From a virus (Duplodnaviria > Caudoviricetes): a stretch of DNA of 24,729 bases. The position numbers and the translations under genes are program-made. Of the stretch, positions 21,001-24,729 are shown piece by piece (the stretch's first letter is position 1; each line of letters starts with the position of its first letter). The stretch is taken from positions 1-24,729 of the IMG/VR virus record IMGVR_UViG_3300028196_001631. The stretch is one strand, 5' to 3'. The notes beneath the pieces are model-generated. The model did no database searches, was not told where the DNA came from, and saw nothing but the letters and a program-made list of their open reading frames with translations.

Positions 21001-22542
21001 AGTATAGATTCCGTTAACATTAAGTTCAGAATCTGATCTAAGATCTATTTTAGTATCACTAGTAATAGACTTAACTTCGGATTTTATTAATATCCCAGAA
21101 TTATCAATTACATCAATAATATCGCCATCATGGAAGTATTGCTTATTATTTAATTCTAATGAATAAGTGTTATCTGTTAAATCAATTGCAGATATCGATT
21201 TAACAGTAAAAGTTATTTTATGATTATAAACCCAACTATCAAATTTATAACCTTCACCATTGAAACCAATAGTTTTTACTCTAGATAAAATTCCTTTTTT
21301 ATTGTAAAGAGATCCACTTGGAATATTTGCATAATTAATTATTGAAGAAATATTACCTTCAACACGCTCACCATCTATAGTTGCATACGCAAAAGTATCA
21401 CTATCAGTTACAGACTCTTCTTCCGCAATTTCTTTAAATATAAAACCAATATCTCTAAACTGATTAATTGTCTTAGAACCATAGTATAAATTTCCAGATG
21501 TTCCATCACTATAATTAACTCTTAAGTTACCAGTTTTAGCAAAACCAACTGTTGAATCAACGTCAAGAATTGTTGAACCTATAGAAACCTTATTTAATAA
21601 TCTAGTTTTTGATGTTGTTTTAAAATCGCCATAAATTGCTCCATCAAATGTAATATCTCTATTATATCCAGCATCAATATCAAGCCTATAATATATTTTT
21701 CCACCTTTTCCAAGCACTCTTTCTGAATATGCAATAGGTGCATATGATTTTGAAGGTCTATCTTGGAAAAGAGTAATATTTGCAATGTTATCAAACTTAT
21801 CTACATTTAGAGTGGGTTCAATTACCAAACTCTCTACTTGATCATATTGTGCATCCGAAGGTCTAAAAAGTAAATCAGTAGGATTTATTAATTCTACATT
21901 TACCCCATATAGAGCTTTGAATAAAATTTTGAAGGATTCTTCGGTTCCTTTTGACGCATAAAAACTTCTTATCTGCTTAAGGAAAGTGTTTTGATTTACT
22001 CCATAACTAAGTTCTCTATCATCAAATCCTAAAGCAAGTTCTTTTTTCTTTTTATTTAAAAATTCAGCTAGAAAAAGAACACTGAGATTTATAATATCAT
22101 TATTTCTTCTATGTCTTTTAGCGTTAGTAGTTTCAAATAACACTGAATCCAGTGCATTGCCATCTGTATAATCGCAAATACCACTAAATCCTCTAATACA
22201 TCCTGTAAAAGTAGTTGCAGTCTTGCCGGTATATGTAATAATTTCATCTTCAATTTTTAGAAGTCCATACTCATCTGGGAATCCCGAAGTTGAAGATACT
22301 GTAATTTCATTATCAGAGGCACTAATATTTTTTTCTAACTTAATAGAAGATACTGTATTTGTAAACGAATCAATTTTATTATATTGATCAATATTATTGA
22401 TTAAATCAATTGGACCACCTTGATACTCCTGCCCTCTATAATACTCTCTTAAAAATTCAGATATCAGAGGAAAATCGGACCTGACATATTCAGGAACTTG
22501 ATTCTTAACGATTTTGGAAAGTTGAACTCTTTTTTCTGTCAT
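9067..22542 (-). CDS. gp7: Giant baseplate wedge initiator, gp7-like multidomain structural protein (4491 aa)
   Basis: An uninterrupted 13.5-kb ORF between gp6 and gp8. Its N-terminus has QVPEYVRSDFPLISEFLREYY and IRSFYASKGTEESFKILFKALYG. An internal segment reads QRIPDNDYYQNFSYSLKSTVPLQKWNDPISAMTHVAGYKKF. Both are typical of gp7-like proteins in T4-like phages. Many beta-rich repeated modules lie between them. Confidence 0.88.
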   Translation of the reverse strand: MTEKRVQLSKIVKNQVPEYVRSDFPLISEFLREYYRGQEYQGGPIDLINNIDQYNKIDSFTNTVSSIKLEKNISASDNEITVSSTSGFPDEYGLLKIEDEIITYTGKTATTFTGCIRGFSGICDYTDGNALDSVLFETTNAKRHRRNNDIINLSVLFLAEFLNKKKKELALGFDDRELSYGVNQNTFLKQIRSFYASKGTEESFKILFKALYGVNVELINPTDLLFRPSDAQYDQVESLVIEPTLNVDKFDNIANITLFQDRPSKSYAPIAYSERVLGKGGKIYYRLDIDAGYNRDITFDGAIYGDFKTTSKTRLLNKVSIGSTILDVDSTVGFAKTGNLRVNYSDGTSGNLYYGSKTINQFRDIGFIFKEIAEEESVTDSDTFAYATIDGERVEGNISSIINYANIPSGSLYNKKGILSRVKTIGFNGEGYKFDSWVYNHKITFTVKSISAIDLTDNTYSLELNNKQYFHDGDIIDVIDNSGILIKSEVKSITSDTKIDLRSDSELNVNGIYTIRKRISKGIAPNFTNIGNYHSDVQNVYNDSNNNILVASSSIPSKGISINSIDLDINGTFEGTEVSFTRNHGLNTGDKVQYYSEVITREFYDINGNKQTENIEGTKLFDAGAYYVSKVDDTTLNFSISKENIFFKKYVTFKSTTVRNNKIRLHDYHNQILQDQKLLREIPVPSQESSSIIKTRPGMTGILANGVEILNYKSNRNIYYGEVKSIDVISSDNQFDIINPPNLIIEDSSGKGAGGFLGVTGSLDSINIIDRGFDYEGTPTIKISGGNGEGATASVNMKLSDHIAEFDSTTINKSTNTIGFSTYHKFRDYEQVTYRTANQKAIVGLTTNAAYYVGIANSTHVKLFNTRNDAVTGINTVDLTGNGIGRHNLKALLKKRQIDSISVIEPGQGYSNRKVTSPHVGINTSQNVITSINHGYSTGDIIQYYGSTETAITGLSINTDYIATILDEDSFKLSIPGVGNTANIFSNRGEYINLIRSGVGTHTFNHPAITVTLSGKTGIGSDFVAEIQPRFRGLIDNVHISNGGVGYGVTDIRDFERSPVVRYSIGQSSQIKVITNNGQITKAIPLNRGQNFTSSPNIIVDGDGTGAVLTSTLRSDGTLDKIIVIEGGRGYSPDNTTIRAVSLESLSQSKFKPKLQSWKINLFEENLDKLEQDDGVLTRSLTKDYGIQYAHLYTPRYLRRIMIPSDSEGNKSYGANDIPFNRTELNSTNHSPIIGWAYDGNPIYGPYGYSLRSGGVVTRMKSGYIDESSLKENRPPNFASGYFIEDFTFYRVEDQSVLDKNNGRYCITPEFPNGTYAYFSTISDLVDGSGIFKNYKRPVFPYIIGENYYSLPSKFNSERTSNQDDFDLNQSDYKRNTSVYNFFDKNTRYPYITLPNDLKQKLTTNTVRRGKVDSVKILSGGDLYKVNDRLVFDQTKSGGSGIAARVSFVKGKKISSIACSTVYSNVSIYPSTRKGEFVAIGTSPHAHSDKDIVTLSNFSTIKSPYKGSYTVNVPATECTLVSLGATTYALDIIGNSGSPAYLYINNTNFDSIKENDIIQISNEKVKVLNVEKQSGRLRILRGIDGTSSPIHLVGTSATVLANKFLFNSDYDNLFKFKFNKEIYFNPSESVGLSPSISNPGLGVTISFANPGAGATNVFVLPQKIYIKDHNLQTGDIVKYNKNRSNAVAIKYEDTTTSIGVGSDFGDDRSYYVAKFDKDFIGISTVKVGIGSTGSFVGVAATTNNVGLVYFVGAGTSSYHSFTTQYPKITANAVSNKVTVSTATTHGLSSNHRVLFDIKPKLEKTVVVKYDDYNRNIIINPKTFEPLGIDTITGVINIEDHGFSTGDKLIHTSDKALAAFNHNTAYYSVKIDKDNFKLSETLYNSQLEQPITVVGIATTTGTLGIVNPKINVEGYSLVRFDLSDESLKYTYFQNDYPAFDLDFYEDNTFTKPWTKNPTDTEFKVIKTGIVGQNSNVILNVDDDTPKELYYNLISKYTPGVPLQESKKGVYLDKSVFGAGSIVIVNSAYSGSHKVTVSTATSFTYSLSKVPENALYTSDNASLSYITDCTHTDGSITEIEMLNTGENYKVLPGFTTVTTANGFGSVLELQSSDIGKIEDIEITDYGYDFPSDQTLNPIFFYSQSLRITPFTSIEFIGISSLGRGYLDAKSLIVVDGITGKIVDDIDLKFNSKESRVEILKNTYGMNNVLPKIYPIKSGAGVPVDVGPLSDGMVYDPSTRTVAATIKTEYSTGDYYPFVVGEKLMVEGCNPGIGSSERGFNSYEYNYDLFTITAVDPNIGGAAGVVTFSIGDQLGTGLSVVEFSKITSTPRLLPQRDFPIFTVDIKQNRFIVDEIVKSGNNTAIVEDWDEEYSILKINSTDEFVADEKITGVTSKSRGLIDENIFPFKAYGKYGSTIKRDKGWKQIAGFLNNDLQRIPDNDYYQNFSYSLKSTVPLQKWNDPISAMTHVAGYKKFANYQLESYQNQSSIITSPTQGSSYVNLIKDIVGIIDINCVNDFDLVREDYAELGNELISTNIIFESRFISSYDEAIGNRVLAIDDISPYFNHRPRTEEYVDLDVFNLDSHRFLRYIVLARDKRFTSERQVSIFDVIHDDNYSYSNEYAIIHTTNKNLGSLDFGISAGQGFVRFYPVDEKVDFNDFNISYISYKIDDEFAGIGNSSFGDIAVINTSSTKFNNVGTGVTIVSIGSTYNSLSVMVSINPDSGSQNEEFAFTQLNLLHDGTEVCDHLEVGNLFTTLGSSPNNVGYGTFWPYLDNNNIIVEFIPNAGIGTTAVINTIQVGLAQTATTGISTYNMNHVKLEARSTNIPSSASPGINTISGYRFIENSEEYHATKLFVNVSDKTNNEHESLEIIVVETINAVGVSSESYIVEFAGLRTSSGLGTFGAEVDSTGFGLNVHFTPNANIETEVNVLAHHLKSASSNDVDTHLDFTNGLITGDRDDYIGTFNAVKTDFDLTHENQDIFEFWFDGGNVGVVSVTDNTIKLPNHFFISGEKVSYFRNDFNDTFSAISIAQTSINGVGQTTLLPDNGENLFVIKVDDDTIGLATSPQAALLPAPTFIEFNAVGSGTSHRLLTTDQNSRVIVTLDNMIQSPIVSTAITSSLRDTALSTTDILELVGVTSFFGGDDIRINGELMKITGVGVGGSENRIGVRRARLGTRFLNHPAGSLITKISGNYNITNSTISFSEAPYGLEPVSDPNVSSEIDWQGVAKGSTFSGRSYMRGKITSAITDTYTNNHVFQDISDRFNAINAIFEIRDDDGVPISGIATNNAVMLVNGVFQLPGLTVDEDYRLDEVAGITSAIFTGNPKILSEDVGISSFPTAGVIQSIGSSEGFGYQPLVSAAATVSISGLGTIVSIDFTGTGTNSSIGNTGSGYRNNEFLEILTETNHLVSAGATEIFIDNQNSVFGILNEIYDGTNAYIGIGTIKKASLSKVASIGSGNTSVNLTVGNPTLLDIPSGTQVSIGVTLPYGIVNVSAATSNISSGAVPGLTYEVLDADYDGITGILSITLPIEHELNQGDYITINDNSLRFTCSSDNNTRVKSYPRPNLDTNSWNRPLRIEDVSGENIQTFVGFSTFVYFNVSDATYTPNTGNLELTIGAHNFVAGRGISIVTDSLSFKCAMDGNTSTKTYPRATDPAANTTLDITGVGATTINVNVGASPLVNHQVSAATYNPTTGVLELTIGSHTLTTGTSVRLGDNSLTFTCAQDSHGSNHTYPRSGDPAYQTAVNITAVSATTITLNVGASSNTTAHTFISAVANAVVSGGNYLHSFQSAAANAVRAGGQYTHTFVSADAGSIVSAATTSIQHIGFTTVITGTGHISTSVTITNPGFNLDVGIGSDTVLPDIIFDKPLPYSNMPLVYSDENTLTGVGTQARVNVVVGNGSSVVSFEFTNTGYAYGNGDILTIPTGGQTGIPTTGSSNFEEFKLVIDKTFDDNFNGWSLGELEVLDNVNAYIDGKRKLFPLIRNGERISIIASRGSKIDPAQLLLVFLNNTLQVPGESYLFAGGNRIRFTEAPRVGDFLRIVFYKGNGAGADVVTKEVIETVKIGDDLRIKSNDIRFNEDPRIVNDIITTDTVETVPYYGPGNTTDVDLTRPVDWCRQTEDRIIDGRVVSKSRVFYEPNILPSANLIKSVGIGSTVFHLDTARPLFNQNNENTTSLLFQNKIKIHQLVEKQSATATATVSVAGTVSSVTITNGGKGYVNIPNVSIASTTGVGIGTTTTASASATLTNGVVTGITVTNAGGVGYSTLSTPKVLISPPEAENIEECKVYFPGGYRGDSGTVVGFATTAIGADTFALFDLYIPANDDVFSLNSFTLIEGGSTHNYVSGIGITITQIEVGDAFVLYNSNIGSATTSITSYDGDGNILGISTSYLDGVYEPLEVSTISRVVGGIGTAVVRVRAKVDNPPVGFDFDANFNGTTGMTTSNYQGSYSWGRISVENRVTATEYGAHNMQGIGGISTSPNILRSEPLRFVNYG
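11104..11247 (-). repeat. Three 18-aa-period repeats within gp7 (HxFxSA...)
   Basis: HTFISAVANAVVSGGNYL / HSFQSAAANAVRAGGQYT / HTFVSADAGSIV. The His codons start at 11247, 11193 and 11139, an exact 54-nt period. Confidence 0.9.
11263..12024 (-). repeat. Three tandem ~81-84-aa protein repeats within gp7 (periods 88 and 85 aa)
   Basis: Units lie at 11773-12024, 11518-11760 and 11263-11505. They share V.[DA]A.Y...TG.L..T...H....G.......SL.F.C..D.......YPR...D........I..V....I...VG.S. Confidence 0.9.
13792..14820 (-). repeat. Three diverged ~135-aa-period beta-sandwich-like repeats within gp7
   Basis: The units end in LGSLDF...VRFYP, YGTFWP...VEFIP and LGTFGA...VHFTP. The Pro codons are at 14602, 14200 and 13792, spaced 402 and 408 nt. 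Upstream cores are VIHDD..EYA, LLHDG..EVG and IVVE..EFA. Confidence 0.7.
18487..18990 (-). other. YHYH-like domain (C-terminal portion) embedded in gp7
   Basis: HSPIIGWAYDGNPIYGPYGY (18796-18855), LDKNNGRYCITPEFPNGTYAYF and FPYIIG match the YHYH family pattern HSPLIGWAxDGFPIYGP...LDxxNG...GxYHY...FPY. Confidence 0.7.
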
Positions 22543-22555
22543 TTTAATTTAAGTA

Positions 22556-24706
22556 TTAGTATCCGCTGCTGTAACCACCGCCACCGGAAGAACCGGAAGA
22601 AGATGAGGAAGAAGATGAGGAGGATGAAGATGACGAGGAAGGTGTTGGTGTTTGAGACGGCGTATTTGCTTGCTGTGTGGCAGTTGTAGGCGAAATGCCC
22701 GTGTTATACACACTTGTAGCAGTTGCCCTAGTACCTGCTCTTGCTCGCGCCTCTGCGAAGGGAGTTGTACCTACTCTTCCACCAGATCTGACTAAGTTGC
22801 CAGTTGCATAACTGGAAGATGTTATGTATGTAGATGCGGAAGAATCAACACCTGAAGAAATATCATCAACTACCAGGTCAAAAATGCTATTTTTAATATC
22901 CAATTGCAAATATAGATCTTGAAGACCAATTACGTCATTGGATTTTGGTGCTACTGATATCTCAATAATAGGTTGTCCATCAACTATTTTTCCTGAAGTC
23001 ACATTTATAGGATTCAATGTTACAACACCGTTAGCATAGTCAATTGTTCCTACGTTTCTTTTCACAATACTAGGATTTTGAGAAGTTAAAGTTGGAACAG
23101 TAAAGAAGAACAAATCTCCAGTTAAATTATCAAAATTTGGAACATCTCCCAGGTATAAAGTCTCTTGAATTCCACTAACAGTAAAACCAGATGATTTTAT
23201 GTTATATCCCTCAAGACTATTAATATGGAATTGATTGCCAAAACCAATAGAGTATTCGGCAAAAGTATTTAAGACAACTCTCAAATCTCTTCGTATACTA
23301 ATATTAGTTATATTAGATGTAATTGCCTGATTACTGTCATCAATAATTCTTTGAAATCTGGAGTATTTAAATCTTGCGCCGTATCTATTTAATTCCGTTG
23401 ATTCTGCATATTTTTGAACATTATTTTGCACAATTGAAGAAACCCTCTGTGAAGAAGGGGTTAAATTTGAGTTATAGTAAACTTTTGAATCAATTTCAAC
23501 ATAAAGATACTTCAGATCAAGAATTTCTGTAACAATTCCTGCTACAGAGTATTTTTTTAGTTTTTGTTTAATATTTTCTTTAATTAAATTTGGTAAAAAG
23601 TCTCCAAATTTAGGTTTTATACTAATAAAAACTTTTCCATACTGAGGAGGTACCAATTCTTCTCCTCCAAACACAGAAATAGATTCTGTTTCAGAATAAA
23701 TTTTTGATGGGATTAAAGTTTCATAATCTAAAGATGTAACTGCTCTATTTTGAGTTGTAAATGACCTAGGAGCGAATTTTTTGATGGATTCTACACTTTC
23801 AATGTTTTCTCCGCCAGAGGAAGAGATGCCAGTCGTTAATAATGAGACTCCATCAGTTACAGTATACTCTGTTGCATTCCTCTGATACGTAATTCGACCA
23901 TTAAATACAAAATTACTGACTCCGTTAGCACTATCACCATTAGATCTAATGTAATTTATCGTTATAACATTACCATCGTCCAATTTGTGCCCAAAAACAC
24001 CATCTCCAAACAAAATTTCATACCTTTCATCTTCTACTTCTTGCAAAAAGTATACTTTTGCAAATCTATTAGACCCAAACAGATTATCTTGCCTAGAATA
24101 ACGTGCAGCTGCGGTTGCAGTTTCACTATCTCGAACAAAAACTGACATTAAATCCGTGTCAATACCCGAATTCGGTAAAATAAACTTCTGATTGTAGTCT
24201 CTAGAATTAATAGTGAAGTTTTGAGTGATTAGTGGACCTTCATATATTGGAATATTAGTAAAAATAGCAATTCCATTTGAAACAGGAACCGTAATATCAT
24301 CAATAATTGAGAAAATAAACGAAGAATTGGCAAAAGTTCCTTGAGAAGTTGCAATTGGTCCCTTCTTGAGGGTCAAAGAAACCGGTGCAGGTGATGCTGC
24401 AGACACATCAACGAAAAAACTAACCGTTGCTCTTGCAGATTTTCGTGATTTTGGTAAATATCCTATATTTCGTGCAATTGAAACCACATTCTCTCTCAAT
24501 GTTGCACTATCAAGGAATACTTCATTAGCAACCATGTTGGCATTATATGAAGTAATGTATGTATTATATGCTAAAACATCAAGAATAGTCGATAGGTTAG
24601 ATCCCTCAAAGTCATAATCCGTAAAATTGGAATTTGACTGAAGATAATCTTTGAGTGATTGTTTAACCTGATCGAAATCTAGGTTTGAAAAGTTTGATAA
24701 CGGCAT
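22556..24706 (-). CDS. gp6: Baseplate wedge subunit gp6-like (716 aa)
   Basis: Classic gp6 motifs: LDFDQVKQSLKDYL, FTDYDFEGSNLSTILDVLAYNTY, NEVFLDSATLRENVVSIARNIGYLPKS, YEILFGDGVFG, ESIKKFAP..FTTQNRAVTSLDY and YGKVFISIKP. Confidence 0.95.
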   Translation of the reverse strand: MPLSNFSNLDFDQVKQSLKDYLQSNSNFTDYDFEGSNLSTILDVLAYNTYITSYNANMVANEVFLDSATLRENVVSIARNIGYLPKSRKSARATVSFFVDVSAASPAPVSLTLKKGPIATSQGTFANSSFIFSIIDDITVPVSNGIAIFTNIPIYEGPLITQNFTINSRDYNQKFILPNSGIDTDLMSVFVRDSETATAAARYSRQDNLFGSNRFAKVYFLQEVEDERYEILFGDGVFGHKLDDGNVITINYIRSNGDSANGVSNFVFNGRITYQRNATEYTVTDGVSLLTTGISSSGGENIESVESIKKFAPRSFTTQNRAVTSLDYETLIPSKIYSETESISVFGGEELVPPQYGKVFISIKPKFGDFLPNLIKENIKQKLKKYSVAGIVTEILDLKYLYVEIDSKVYYNSNLTPSSQRVSSIVQNNVQKYAESTELNRYGARFKYSRFQRIIDDSNQAITSNITNISIRRDLRVVLNTFAEYSIGFGNQFHINSLEGYNIKSSGFTVSGIQETLYLGDVPNFDNLTGDLFFFTVPTLTSQNPSIVKRNVGTIDYANGVVTLNPINVTSGKIVDGQPIIEISVAPKSNDVIGLQDLYLQLDIKNSIFDLVVDDISSGVDSSASTYITSSSYATGNLVRSGGRVGTTPFAEARARAGTRATATSVYNTGISPTTATQQANTPSQTPTPSSSSSSSSSSSSSSSGSSGGGGYSSGY
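22559..22639 (-). repeat. Low-complexity poly-Ser/Gly C-terminus of gp6 (S15-GSSGGGGYSSGY)
   Basis: Fifteen consecutive TCN serine codons at 22639-22595, followed by GSSGGGGYSSGY and the stop codon. Confidence 0.95.
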
Positions 24707-24707
24707 T

Positions 24708-24729
24708 TTACCTAGTTGGTTGCAAAATA
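24708..24729 (-). CDS. gp25: C-terminal fragment of upstream gene, probably baseplate wedge gp25-like (...ILQPTR*)
   Basis: The minus strand reads ATT TTG CAA CCA ACT AGG TAA A ATG(gp6). An LQPTR* ending and a position just upstream of gp6 are characteristic of cyanophage gp25. Only 6 codons are visible. Confidence 0.6.

Larger units (their letters stand above)
1..24729 (-). other. Baseplate/virion structural gene cluster (gp25-gp6-gp7-gp8-VrlC-like) of a large T4-like myophage, cyanophage-like
   Basis: Five co-oriented genes have gaps of only 1, 13, 42 and 6 nt. The gp6, gp7 and gp8 motifs are recognisable, and the order 25-6-7-8-VrlC-like is typical of marine T4-like cyanophages. A T4-type late promoter is present. 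The host cannot be established from this window. Confidence 0.9.

Noticed and set aside
165-21794. Short minus-strand alternative-frame ORFs (165-371, 7995-8204, 17301-17591, 17742-17945, 18066-18248, 21594-21794)
   Set aside because: Their Leu/Ile/Gln/Met-rich composition is what an off-frame reading of these AT-rich genes produces. There is no independent evidence of overprinting.
22040-22056. A-rich run (AAT AAA AAG AAA AAA GAA) as a possible -1 frameshift site in gp7
   Set aside because: The AAAAAAG heptamer is not in the X XXY YYZ phase, and no long alternative-frame ORF follows.
9067-22542. Intein or homing endonuclease as the explanation for gp7 size
   Set aside because: I recognised no intein splice motifs, LAGLIDADG or HNH signatures by eye. 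The extra length is accounted for by beta-rich structural modules.
22498-22689. Plus-strand 63-aa ORF with RKKMRKKMRRMK repeat
   Set aside because: It is the antisense reading of the gp6 poly-Ser tract.
24366-24617. Plus-strand 83-aa ORF
   Set aside because: It is antisense to the highly conserved gp6 N-terminus.

Overview
This AT-rich window comes from a large T4-like myovirus, most similar in gene order and protein style to marine cyanophages (Kyanoviridae-type). It is one tightly packed virion-structural cluster on the minus strand. In order of transcription it holds the last codons of a probable gp25, gp6 (716 aa, with a Ser/Gly-rich C-terminal tail), a giant gp7-like baseplate wedge protein (4491 aa), gp8 (520 aa), and a VrlC/DUF4815-like structural protein. 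The VrlC-like gene is more than 2485 aa, runs off the left edge, and is missing from the ORF track. A T4-type late promoter (AATAAATA) next to a 13-bp palindrome lies between gp7 and gp8. I found no RNA genes, CRISPR arrays or mobile elements. The most unusual signal is the 'Russian-doll' architecture of gp7. Three ~85-aa repeat bodies are followed by three consecutive closing strands (A1-A2-A3-B-B-B), a YHYH-like domain is split by a ~470-aa insertion, and another module is split twice. This suggests the protein grew by nested domain insertion. All family assignments come from motif recognition by eye, not from database searches.
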